32,000 nt of DNA from Pseudoalteromonas tetraodonis (GTDB lineage Bacteria > Pseudomonadota > Gammaproteobacteria > Enterobacterales > Alteromonadaceae), in the NCBI RefSeq assembly GCF_002310835.1, contig NZ_CP011041.1:2040001-2072000 (forward strand). The letters are read 5' to 3'. The notes under the pieces were generated by a model. The model worked only from the letters and a program-made list of their open reading frames with translations. It was not told the origin of the DNA and ran no database searches. Positions 17,211 through 26,276 of the stretch are shown piece after piece (within the stretch, counting starts at the first letter, position 1; each line of letters opens with the position of its first letter). The position numbers and the translations under genes are program-made.

Positions 17211-17778
17211 TGAAACCATTTCGGCTCGTTTTCAATTAAACCGCAGTTTAGCCGTGGATCAGCTCAAAGATAATAAAAAAAAGCGCGCAAGCGCAGTAAT
17301 GCTGCCATTGATTGATATAGATAACGAAGCACATATTTTATTGTGTAAGCGACCAACCTACCTTCATCACCACCCTGGGGAGATTTGTTTACCGGGTGGC
17401 AAGTTTGAAATTGATGATGTTAACCTACGCACCACCGCACTGCGTGAATTACATGAAGAGCTTAATATTGCCCCGCAAAATGTCCATGTGTTAGGTCAGT
17501 TACCAGAATATTCAACCCTGACCGGATTTACTATACGCCCCTTTGTAGGCTTAATTAAAAAAGAAACAGTGTGGGAAAACGACCACAACGAAGTGCAAGC
17601 TAGCTTTTTACTCTCTATAAAAGCGCTGAATAACGCGGCTAACTGGCAACCTTTGCCCTTTGAACGAGGTGGAAAAATCATTACCTTAAATGGCTTTATC
17701 ACCCCACATGGGCTTTTGTGGGGAGCCACAGCCAGCATTATTAAAAACTTTACAAAACAACTCGCCATACCAGTTTAA
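17191..17778 (+). CDS. nudL: NUDIX CoA pyrophosphatase (NudL/YeaB-like)
   Basis: 195 aa with Nudix box 'LPGGKFEIDDVNLRTTALRELHEELNI'. The N-terminal 'ISARFQLN' aligns with E. coli NudL 'FLSRFQLL'. It overlaps the 3' end of pabB by 20 nt. Confidence 0.75.
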   Translation: MKVALNSETISARFQLNRSLAVDQLKDNKKKRASAVMLPLIDIDNEAHILLCKRPTYLHHHPGEICLPGGKFEIDDVNLRTTALRELHEELNIAPQNVHVLGQLPEYSTLTGFTIRPFVGLIKKETVWENDHNEVQASFLLSIKALNNAANWQPLPFERGGKIITLNGFITPHGLLWGATASIIKNFTKQLAIPV

Positions 17779-17879
17779 ATCTTTACTAATAAGGGTTACA
17801 CACCTGCGTTTCCACGTTATTATAGTCGACCGTTCAAAGAACAGCTTAATGCTGAGAAAACTAAGTAGAGACACACATT

Positions 17880-19256
17880 ATGATCAGTGCATTTGATATG
17901 TTTAGCATTGGTATTGGCCCTTCATCGTCACATACCGTTGGCCCAATGCGTGCATCACGCTTATTTGTTAATGACCTAAACGAACAACAACTATTAGCAA
18001 ATGTGACCGATGTAAAAGTAGAGCTTTACGGCTCGCTTGGCCAAACAGGTGTTGGCCACGGCTCTGGTAAAGCAGTGATACTTGGCTTAGCAGGGTATGA
18101 TCCTGAAACCATTGATGCCGATTTAGTGGATGACATACTCGCTAAAATTGAAAAAGAACAGGTTATTTACCTAAACCAAACTCACAAAGCTAAATTCCCT
18201 AAGCAGGGCGCGATTGTTTTTCATCGCAGAAAGACACTCCCTAAACATTCCAACGCAATGGAAATTATTGCCTATAACAATGGCGAAAAAGTATATAGCA
18301 AAGTTTACTACTCTATTGGTGGCGGATTTATTGTTACGGATGAAGAGTTTGAAAAAGAAAAACAAGCCGCTTTAGATATCCGTGAAGAAAACCCAGCCCC
18401 GTTCCCGTTTGGCTCGGCTAAAGAATTACTCGAAATGTGTAAAGAGTCGGGTTACAGCGTATCAACGTTAATGATGAAAAACGAAAAAACGTTACGCAGT
18501 GAAGAAGCCATTAAAGATGAGCTATTTAATATTTGGCAAGTAATGAAAGCCTGTATTGAGCGAGGTATGCGCACCGAAGGTATTTTACCTGGCGGATTAA
18601 AAGTAAAACGCCGTGCGCCAAGCTTATATTTAAAGCTAAATGTAGAAGTCAGTAACGATCCGCTGCGCGCCATGGACTGGGTTGATTTATTCGCATTAGC
18701 TGTAAACGAAGAAAATGCAGCCGGAGGACGTGTAGTAACTGCCCCCACAAATGGCGCAGCCGGAATTTTACCTGCAGTATTAATGTATTATCATACTTTT
18801 ATTAAAGAAGTAGACCGTGATATTGCTACCCGCTACTTATTAACTGCCGCTGCAATAGGCATTTTATATAAAAAGAATGCCTCTATTTCTGGTGCTGAAG
18901 TGGGTTGCCAAGGCGAAGTCGGTGTTGCTTGTTCAATGGCCGCAGGCGCACTTACTGAAATTGTTGGTGGTAACGTTGTACACGTAGAAAATGCCGCTGA
19001 AATTGGTATGGAACATAACTTAGGGTTAACCTGTGACCCTGTTGGCGGCTTAGTGCAAGTCCCCTGTATTGAACGTAATGCAATGGGCGCTATTAAAGCA
19101 ATTAATGCGTCGCGCCTTGCTATACGCGGTAGTGGTGAGCAAAAAGTATCGCTGGATAAAGTAATAAAAACCATGCTCGATACGGGTAACGATATGAAAA
19201 CAAAATACAAAGAAACCGCTCGCGGTGGACTGGCCGTTAATATTATCGAGTGCTAA
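17880..19256 (+). CDS. sdaA: L-serine ammonia-lyase (Fe-S L-serine dehydratase)
   Basis: 458 aa. Motifs include '[23 protein letters not shown]', '[11 protein letters not shown]' and '[19 protein letters not shown]', the hallmark cluster-binding region of SdaA/SdaB. Confidence 0.9.
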   Translation: MISAFDMFSIGIGPSSSHTVGPMRASRLFVNDLNEQQLLANVTDVKVELYGSLGQTGVGHGSGKAVILGLAGYDPETIDADLVDDILAKIEKEQVIYLNQTHKAKFPKQGAIVFHRRKTLPKHSNAMEIIAYNNGEKVYSKVYYSIGGGFIVTDEEFEKEKQAALDIREENPAPFPFGSAKELLEMCKESGYSVSTLMMKNEKTLRSEEAIKDELFNIWQVMKACIERGMRTEGILPGGLKVKRRAPSLYLKLNVEVSNDPLRAMDWVDLFALAVNEENAAGGRVVTAPTNGAAGILPAVLMYYHTFIKEVDRDIATRYLLTAAAIGILYKKNASISGAEVGCQGEVGVACSMAAGALTEIVGGNVVHVENAAEIGMEHNLGLTCDPVGGLVQVPCIERNAMGAIKAINASRLAIRGSGEQKVSLDKVIKTMLDTGNDMKTKYKETARGGLAVNIIEC

Positions 19257-19458
19257 TTAACCTGAACTCTGGTTAAGAGATTTACTAACATATTGAATCA
19301 AAATGATATTTATGTTTATTTTCTCTAGCTAGAGATTTTTAGTGAAAACAAGGCGAAATTACGCGTCAATAGCTAGCCTATTGCAAGTAAATTCAACGCA
19401 GTTAGCGCTGAAAATAGCTGCTTGAGATGGATTTATTATCCACAGTTCAGGTTAATTA
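19254..19458. repeat. Approx. 205-bp element bounded by 19-bp terminal inverted repeats (MITE-like or long structured RNA)
   Basis: TAATTAACCTGAACTCTGG (19254-19272) is the reverse complement of CCACAGTTCAGGTTAATTA (19440-19458), with one mismatch; the outer 15 bp are perfect. It has no ORF. An internal perfect 12-bp palindrome CTCTAGCTAGAG lies at 19323-19334. Confidence 0.5.
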
Positions 19459-19466
19459 CATAGCAC

Positions 19467-19503
19467 AAAAAAGCCGCTTAGTTGCAAAACTAAGCGGCTT
19501 TTC
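19467..19503. terminator. Bidirectional rho-independent terminator between sdaA and cysB
   Basis: 15-bp stem AAAAGCCGCTTAGTT (19469-19483) with AACTAAGCGGCTTTT (19488-19502) and a 4-nt loop. It has an A tract 5' and a T tract 3'. Confidence 0.85.
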
Positions 19504-19520
19504 ATTGCTGTTTATGGCGG

Positions 19521-20513
<993 letters not shown>

Positions 20514-20793
20514 TTATAATTCACATTGACAGATAAAAGCGCACCCTAACTATAGGTAGCTATATAAAAGGCTGATTAATGTTACATAATATAACAATTA
20601 ATTTGTTGAAATTTCAGGTTAACACAATAAATAAACTTGAGGTAGCAATGATTATCAGCAATCGAAACATAACATATTAAGATTTAAACGCTTTATGGTG
20701 ACGCTTTTTTCAGTTAATCTGAGCAAAGTTTCCCACCTTTTATATATTTAATGTAAGATTAGATAATAAGGTTAAGAATTTGAGAATTATAAC

Positions 20794-21549
20794 ATGATAG
20801 TTTCCATTATAATTGTATTAATTGTTGCACTTATAGTCATTGCACTATGGGTTAGTGCTGTTCAGCAACACAAAGAAAAACAAGAAGCTGAACGACGCAA
20901 AGAGTTAACAAAACAAAAAGCAATCATTGAAGAAACCGAAGAAGCATTAATGAATAGCGCCAACATTCCACTTTCAGAGGCAACTCAGCGAATATTACAA
21001 CGACGAATTCATGATGCGCTCAGTCAAATGGTGTCTATTTCAAGCGGAGGTAGTGGACTAAAAAACCGCTTAAAAGAAGCAAAAGAGCGACTACAAAACC
21101 CAATTCAAGACGGTTCAGATGGCTTTGTATTACCAGGCAACGACAAACAACTGATATCACTGATACAAGGCATTAAAAAGTTACGCACTATTATTCGTTC
21201 TGAGCATAATAAAGGCAAAGTAGACAGCCAAGTATTTATTGCAGAAGACAAACGCCTTGAAAAGCTACAACTAAGAATCAACATTGAAAGCCAAATAAAA
21301 CGAGGGTTATCAGCGCAAATAGCTGGAATGATAGGCTCTGCTAGGCAGTACTTTGAAAAAGCAGCTGCCACACTTAACAGTGTTTCATTTAATGACGATT
21401 ACATTACGGCAAAACGAGCTGAAGTTGAAGGCTACCTTGAAACGATAAGTAATGAACTCAAGGCATCAAATGCTACATCATTGAAGAAAAAGAACGAACA
21501 AGAGCAAGATGATTTAGACGTATTATTTGCACCTAAAAAGAAATGGTAA
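20794..21549 (+). CDS. Hypothetical N-terminally membrane-anchored, charged coiled-coil protein
   Basis: 251 aa. The TM helix is 'MIVSIIIVLIVALIVIALWV', followed by a K/E/Q-rich, helical-looking sequence. I did not recognise a family. A strong terminator lies downstream. Confidence 0.55.
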   Translation: MIVSIIIVLIVALIVIALWVSAVQQHKEKQEAERRKELTKQKAIIEETEEALMNSANIPLSEATQRILQRRIHDALSQMVSISSGGSGLKNRLKEAKERLQNPIQDGSDGFVLPGNDKQLISLIQGIKKLRTIIRSEHNKGKVDSQVFIAEDKRLEKLQLRINIESQIKRGLSAQIAGMIGSARQYFEKAAATLNSVSFNDDYITAKRAEVEGYLETISNELKASNATSLKKKNEQEQDDLDVLFAPKKKW

Positions 21550-21562
21550 TTCCTTTCTAAAT

Positions 21563-21596
21563 AAAAAAGCCCATGCAGTTGCATGGGCTTTTTTTT
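21563..21596. terminator. Bidirectional rho-independent terminator
   Basis: AGCCCATGCA (21568-21577) pairs with TGCATGGGCT (21580-21589). It is flanked by A6 upstream and T8 downstream. Confidence 0.85.
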
Positions 21597-21664
21597 GAAT
21601 AGGATTTTGCCCCATTTTGTGTTTACATATTAGGACATATACACATTCTAACAAGCTGACTGCA

Positions 21665-22957
21665 TTAAGATAAAAATGCGAACTTAACAATAAACAAGGC
21701 AGTTAAAATCCAAACACTAATGCTTACCTGATCTTTTTTGCCACACAGCACTTTTACCGCCGTATAAGAAATAAAACCAAGTGCAATACCGTGTGCAATT
21801 GAGAACGTCAGCGGTGTCATTAATAATACAACACTCACCGGAATTGCATCAGTCATGTCGTCCCAATTCACAAACTTTAAGTTTTGTAGCATCAATACAG
21901 ATACATATAAAATAGCTCCCGCGGTTGCGTATGCAGGCACCATTTGAGCTAAAGGCGCAAAAAACATCATCAGTAAAAAGCAGCAACCCACAACCACAGC
22001 GGTCAAACCCGTTCGACCACCAACAGATACACCTGCAACAGACTCAATGTATGACGTGGTTGTTGAAGTACCGAGCATTGCACCTGCAATGGTTGCTGTG
22101 CTGTCGGCGCTTAATGCACGACCTAAACGCGGCATATTACCGTTTTTATCTGCTAAACCAGCCTTCTGAGTTACCGCAACTAACGTGCCTGAGGTATCAA
22201 ACAAATCAACGAATAAAAACGCAAAAATAACACTCAACATCGACAGTTCAAACGCGGCACTAAAGTCCAGTTGCATAAAGGTCGGCATGATAGAAGGTGG
22301 CATAGCAATAACACCATGATACTCCACTAACCCCATAGACACAGCAATCGCGGTGACTAGTAAAATACTAATCAGTACGCCACTTTTAAAATCGCGATAA
22401 AGCAGTGCAGCAATAACAAAAAAGCTGAAAATAGCCAATAAAGGACCAGGCGAGGTAATATCACCCAACTGCACCAGTGTTGCAGGACTTGATACAATAA
22501 TACCGGCACTTTTAAGTGCGATGAGAGCTAAAAATGCGCCAATACCCGTTGCTATTGCTTGCTTGAGCACCAGAGGGATTGCATTAATAATCCACTCTCG
22601 CACCTTAAATAAGCTTAGAATTAAAAATATACACCCTGACATAAATACCGCACCCAACGCAGCTTGCCAGCTATAACCCATACCTAATACAACACCATAG
22701 GTAAAAAATGCATTTAATCCCATACCCGGTGCCAATGCCAGTGGATAATTGGCCCACAAACCCATAATAAAACACCCTATTGCAGCAGCAATACAGGTGG
22801 CAACAAAAGCAGCACCTTGGTCCATACCGGCTTCTGCAAGCATAGCTGGGTTTACGAATACGATATAAACCATCGTAATAAATGTAGTCATACCGGCAAT
22901 ACATTCACGGCGAACCGAAGAATCATTTGCACGGATTTTGAATAAGGCTTCGAGCAT
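21665..22957 (-). CDS. NCS2/AzgA-family purine (adenine/guanine/hypoxanthine) permease, AdeP/PurP-like
   Basis: 430 aa. 'ECIAGMTTFITMVYIVFVNPAML', 'GLNAFF', 'DKNGNMPRLGRAL', 'YIESVAGVSVGGRTGLTAVVVG' and 'GIALGFISY' closely parallel E. coli AdeP. Confidence 0.88.
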   Translation of the reverse strand: MLEALFKIRANDSSVRRECIAGMTTFITMVYIVFVNPAMLAEAGMDQGAAFVATCIAAAIGCFIMGLWANYPLALAPGMGLNAFFTYGVVLGMGYSWQAALGAVFMSGCIFLILSLFKVREWIINAIPLVLKQAIATGIGAFLALIALKSAGIIVSSPATLVQLGDITSPGPLLAIFSFFVIAALLYRDFKSGVLISILLVTAIAVSMGLVEYHGVIAMPPSIMPTFMQLDFSAAFELSMLSVIFAFLFVDLFDTSGTLVAVTQKAGLADKNGNMPRLGRALSADSTATIAGAMLGTSTTTSYIESVAGVSVGGRTGLTAVVVGCCFLLMMFFAPLAQMVPAYATAGAILYVSVLMLQNLKFVNWDDMTDAIPVSVVLLMTPLTFSIAHGIALGFISYTAVKVLCGKKDQVSISVWILTALFIVKFAFLS

Positions 22958-23075
22958 AATAAACTTGTGGTTGTAAAAAGTGGCGAGATTTTAGCATAAA
23001 AATAACTTTTTACAGGACATTTTACCTTGCTATATACTAAACTAGCTAAGTGATTAAAATAACAAACGAAGTAGC

Positions 23076-23537
23076 ATGATCAAAACGACACCAAGTGGCC
23101 AAGACTTAGAGCAACAATTAGACAACATTCTTTCTTTTGTAACGCAACCAAGCGATGCAAATCTCCCTGCGAGCTCTAAAAACACCGATCAAGACACATT
23201 AAATAAAGCCCTTTATTACCTTAAAAATGAACAAGGCGCCTTAGCCGCAAAATGGATGCGTTTGGCAGCAATGGCAGGAAATTATCGCGCGCAGTTTTAT
23301 TTAGGGCTGTTTTTTATAAAAGGACAAGGTGTGCCGCAAAGTGTATTTCATGGTGCTGCGTGGCTTAGCTTAGCCGGTAGTCAAGGCTATGAACCTGCCA
23401 TAGAAGCAATGAGCGATATACGAAAACATATTAGTACCAAACGACTTAAAGATGCTCAATGCTACGCAGCCAGCCTGTATGAACAAATTCACCAGTTACA
23501 ATTTTCACATTTGATCCCCTCTAGTAGCGAAAAATAA
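23076..23537 (+). CDS. Sel1-repeat (TPR-like) protein
   Basis: 153 aa. 'AAKWMRLAAMAGNYRAQFYLGLFFIKGQGVPQSVFHGAAWLSLAGSQGYEPA' matches the Sel1 repeat pattern (A..W...AA..G...A...LG..Y..G.GV). Confidence 0.7.
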   Translation: MIKTTPSGQDLEQQLDNILSFVTQPSDANLPASSKNTDQDTLNKALYYLKNEQGALAAKWMRLAAMAGNYRAQFYLGLFFIKGQGVPQSVFHGAAWLSLAGSQGYEPAIEAMSDIRKHISTKRLKDAQCYAASLYEQIHQLQFSHLIPSSSEK

Positions 23538-23566
23538 TTTCATTGCCCAGCAACTCATTTCATCTG

Positions 23567-23615
23567 TAAATTAATTAAGCGTTTATAGCCAAAGCAAGCA
23601 CGCTTAATTAATTTA
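23567..23615. repeat. 15-bp perfect AT-rich inverted repeat downstream of the Sel1 gene
   Basis: TAAATTAATTAAGCG (23567-23581) pairs with CGCTTAATTAATTTA (23601-23615), with a 19-nt spacer. No U tract follows. Confidence 0.5.
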
Positions 23616-23827
23616 AACTACTGTATACCCCCTGTTCATCTGTATTTATTTGCTCCCAGCCTTAAAATTAATTCTGTGGGGATTAATATCCAATAAAAAT
23701 TAAATCTTTGTTATATATAGATTATTTGTATATTTATAGTAACTGTCGCGTTTTAAGATGAATAACTGTACAAAAAAATAGCAAAAAACACTTGCACCAA
23801 ACAACTGTATAAACTACTGTATGAATG

Positions 23828-23847
23828 TACTGTATAAAAACCCAGTG
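23828..23847. promoter_or_regulatory. LexA (SOS) box upstream of sulA
   Basis: TACTGTATAAAAACCCAGTG contains CTG-N10-CAG (23830-23845). Consensus is TACTGTATATATATACAGTA. It is located 13 nt upstream of the ATG at 23860. Confidence 0.75.
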
Positions 23848-23859
23848 AGTGAGAAGATT

Positions 23860-24294
23860 ATGTTACAGCCAATTACCGTAAGAACAGTTAAAAGCTACCA
23901 GCAAGATGACCAATCAGATTGTGTTAACGTTGTACAAATTGAAGATGAAATTTCAGCAACGTTTGAGTTATTAAAAGTATTACACCAATACAACAGCCTA
24001 AACGCATGGACACTGTTAATAGCACCAGATAACGTACCGAGCAAAGCGCTACTTGATTCATGCTCAATTGATACCAGTAAATTACTGGTTATTCGTCAAA
24101 AGCATTTAGTTAATTTAGAGTATGTTTTAAGTTCTGCACTTCACAATGGAAATTTTGCCGCGGTGATCACCTGGACTGACATAATAAATAACCAACAACT
24201 GTCGCAGTTATCATTAAACTTGAGCCATACGCGCACTAAGTTGTATTGCTTTAGCAAAAAAAGCGCTCATTCTGAGATTTCACTTACGCAATAA
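23860..24294 (+). CDS. sulA: SOS-inducible cell division inhibitor SulA
   Basis: 'NAWTLLIAPDNVPSKALLDSCSIDTSKLLVIRQ...LSSALHNGNFAAVITW' parallels E. coli SulA '[32 protein letters not shown]...MVRALRTGNYSVVIGW'. The LexA box lies immediately upstream. I prefer the ATG at 23860 to the track start at 23821, which would put the LexA box inside the coding region. Confidence 0.75.
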   Translation: MLQPITVRTVKSYQQDDQSDCVNVVQIEDEISATFELLKVLHQYNSLNAWTLLIAPDNVPSKALLDSCSIDTSKLLVIRQKHLVNLEYVLSSALHNGNFAAVITWTDIINNQQLSQLSLNLSHTRTKLYCFSKKSAHSEISLTQ

Positions 24295-24333
24295 GCTTGA
24301 TAAACTAGCGTTTTAATACACAGTACATTTATC

Positions 24334-24810
24334 ATGACTTCTAACGCCCTATTATGTTTTTGTGGCAGTCAGCAACCTTATGCTGATTGCTGCGAGCCTT
24401 TTCATTTAAAAACCAAACAGCCACACACACCAGAGCAACTTATGCGTGCACGCTACAGTGCTTATGCTGTTAAAAACGCGGTTTTTGTTCGTGAAAGTTA
24501 TGCAAAAGAAAAACAAGCTGAAAATTCAATTTCAGAAATTAAAGATTTTGCAAATAGTTGCCGTTTTATAAACTTAGCCGTATTAGACTCTGGTTATAAT
24601 GATGAAACAGGATTTGTTACATTTAAAGCTCACTACTTTTATCAAGATTTATATTGCGAGTTGGCAGAAAATTCAAGGTTTATTAAAGAAGATGGACAAT
24701 GGCGATACCTTGATGGTGAGATTACACCGGTTGCCGATATTAAAGTAAAACGTAATGATACGTGCCCTTGTGGCAGTAATAAAAAATACAAAAAATGTCA
24801 TAGTGTATAA
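24334..24810 (+). CDS. ychJ: YchJ-family (UPF0225) protein with N- and C-terminal SEC-C metal-binding motifs
   Basis: 158 aa with 'CFCGSQQPYADCCEPFH' at the N-terminus and 'CPCGSNKKYKKCH' at the C-terminus. Confidence 0.8.
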   Translation: MTSNALLCFCGSQQPYADCCEPFHLKTKQPHTPEQLMRARYSAYAVKNAVFVRESYAKEKQAENSISEIKDFANSCRFINLAVLDSGYNDETGFVTFKAHYFYQDLYCELAENSRFIKEDGQWRYLDGEITPVADIKVKRNDTCPCGSNKKYKKCHSV

Positions 24811-24823
24811 ACTTCAGCTACAA

Positions 24824-24847
24824 AAAATGGGCCACAAGGCCCATTTT
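24824..24847. terminator. Bidirectional rho-independent terminator
   Basis: AAAATGGGCC (24824-24833), loop ACAA, GGCCCATTTT (24838-24847). Confidence 0.8.
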
Positions 24848-24877
24848 CAAAAACTACACTAAACACAAATTAGCGTT

Positions 24878-25180
24878 TTACTCGCCATCATCTTCTTCGA
24901 AATCTTGACGCTGTGCAGGTCTTGCTAAAATCTCTAAGTAAAAAGAAGTTAAGCCTTGCTTTTCAATTTCACTGATGTGATTGTTAATTTCAGCAACGTG
25001 AACCACTTGGGCTTCTTCAGCCGTGATACCAAACTTACAATCAAATGCCCAGTAGTCGGCATCAACAGGTAAAGTTTTATTACGTTCTCTTTTCAAATAT
25101 TTTTTCACTTCATGCTTTGCAGCATCAACCATACGAGGGTATTTGATTTTCTCATGATTCAGCGTGAATGTTTTCTTCAT
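24878..25180 (-). CDS. Conserved small hypothetical protein (from memory resembles the DUF6172 family)
   Basis: 100 aa. The N-terminus is basic ('AAKHEVKKYLKRERNKTLPVDADYWAFDCKFG') and the C-terminus is acidic. The RBS AGGAA lies upstream. The family assignment is recollection only. Confidence 0.55.
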   Translation of the reverse strand: MKKTFTLNHEKIKYPRMVDAAKHEVKKYLKRERNKTLPVDADYWAFDCKFGITAEEAQVVHVAEINNHISEIEKQGLTSFYLEILARPAQRQDFEEDDGE

Positions 25181-25392
25181 TACGTTCCTAATTACCTTGG
25201 TTTAATGATAATGGCATTTAATGTCATACCATTTGCGCCATTATAGCAATTGCATTTAAATTTTGGATGCTTTTTTTATATTAAATCAGTTATTAAAATA
25301 AAGCACTTATAAAACCAATAGTTACTTATTACTATAAACACAGTTTATTACAATCAAATGGCATGTATAAAGCAGTAATTGAACACATATAA

Positions 25393-25920
25393 TTAGGCAC
25401 TAAACAAATGTAATGGCTGGTGGATAGCTTCATTTTGTAAATCATCATAAAATGCCACCGCATCCATTTGAGGGTTTGATAACTCGGTGTTGGTATTTTG
25501 GATTCGTCGACGTACCGCTAATTCACAGTTATCCATCACGTTAAGCGGAATGTGGTTTTTATCATCACGAATATTAAATGGCTCAGGCTTTAAGCACTGA
25601 GTTAACTTTATATCACTCATCCCTACAGCGCTTCCCATTTTTGCTAAAAGCTCTGTGTTATTTTTACCAATTAACATATTAAAGGTATCTGGCGCTAATG
25701 GCTGCTTTGGACCTGCGCCAAATTGTTTACGCAGAGCATCTTCATCGGCATGATAATGCTTAGTGTCACTTTTGGGTAGGTGGAATTCACTAAAATCGAG
25801 TGCATCGTGAGAGAGCATTGCTAATAAAAGTGCAAACTCGCCTCGGCGGTTTTCGTGCACACTTTCGTTAAGCCTCGTTTTTAACTGGCTCTCCGTGATT
25901 AACAAATCACCAATCTGCAT
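25393..25920 (-). CDS. Conserved hypothetical protein (possibly VC2046/SO_2500-type family)
   Basis: 175-aa ORF with coding-like composition. 'RRGEFALLLAMLSHD' resembles that gammaproteobacterial family from memory. No catalytic motifs recognised. Confidence 0.5.
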   Translation of the reverse strand: MQIGDLLITESQLKTRLNESVHENRRGEFALLLAMLSHDALDFSEFHLPKSDTKHYHADEDALRKQFGAGPKQPLAPDTFNMLIGKNNTELLAKMGSAVGMSDIKLTQCLKPEPFNIRDDKNHIPLNVMDNCELAVRRRIQNTNTELSNPQMDAVAFYDDLQNEAIHQPLHLFSA

Positions 25921-25989
25921 AGACTTTAGCCTATTTAACTAATTAATAAGTATTTATCGGCTAAATTTGAATTTTCTTTAGCTTTTTTC

Positions 25990-26017
25990 TTTACTTAAAT
26001 AAGAAGTTTGCTATTAT
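25990..26017 (+). promoter_or_regulatory. Putative stringently controlled promoter of the tRNA-Tyr tandem
   Basis: TTTACT (25990-25995), a 16-nt spacer, then TATTAT (26012-26017). A GC-rich discriminator CTGCCGCG follows, and an AT-rich UP-like region lies upstream. The layout resembles E. coli tyrT. Confidence 0.45.
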
Positions 26018-26032
26018 CTGCCGCGTTGCATT

Positions 26033-26117
26033 GGAGGGGTTCCCGAGCGGCCAAAGGGATCAGACTGTAAATCTGACGGCTCAGCCTTCGCTGGTTCGAA
26101 TCCAGCTCCCTCCACCA
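26033..26117 (+). tRNA. tyrT: tRNA-Tyr (anticodon GTA), 85 nt with long variable arm and encoded CCA
   Basis: GGAGGGG acceptor, anticodon loop CTGTAAA, T-arm GCTGG-TTCGAAT-CCAGC, 3' TCCCTCC-A-CCA. Confidence 0.93.
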
Positions 26118-26166
26118 CTTTTCTTAGGCTAAGTTAAGTGGGGCCAAATGCAATAACAATTAGTGT

Positions 26167-26251
26167 GGAGGGGTTCCCGAGCGGCCAAAGGGATCAGACT
26201 GTAAATCTGACGGCTCAGCCTTCGCTGGTTCGAATCCAGCTCCCTCCACCA
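26167..26251 (+). tRNA. tyrV: tRNA-Tyr (anticodon GTA), second identical copy
   Basis: 85/85 identical to 26033-26117, separated from it by a 49-nt spacer. Confidence 0.93.
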
Positions 26252-26276
26252 CTTCTCTTCTCTACCTTATTTCTTT

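Noticed and set aside
19254-19458. Integron attC site as the explanation for the inverted-repeat element
   Set aside because: The ends (ATTAAC.../...GTTAATT) do not satisfy the RYYYAAC/GTTRRRY core sites. The length exceeds typical attC sites. There are no cassette ORFs or an integrase nearby.
22958-23075. Possible purine riboswitch upstream of the NCS2 purine permease
   Set aside because: The minus strand contains GGTAAAATGTCC, which faintly resembles the L3/P3 segment. However, there is no matching P3 5' strand, no P2/L2 (GGATATGG-like) and no P1. The leader is also too short.
23804-23832. Additional complete LexA boxes at CTGTATAAACTACTGT (23805-23820) and CTGTATGAATGTACTG (23817-23832)
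   Set aside because: Both lack the right-hand CAG half (TGT and CTG instead). I treated them as repeated half-sites rather than functional boxes.
25201-25220. Fur-box-like sequence TTTAATGATAATGGCATTTA upstream of the 24878-25180 gene
   Set aside because: It matches the GATAATGATAATCATTATC consensus only with an insertion and several mismatches. It sits in a generally AT-rich leader, and the neighbouring gene has no iron-related function.
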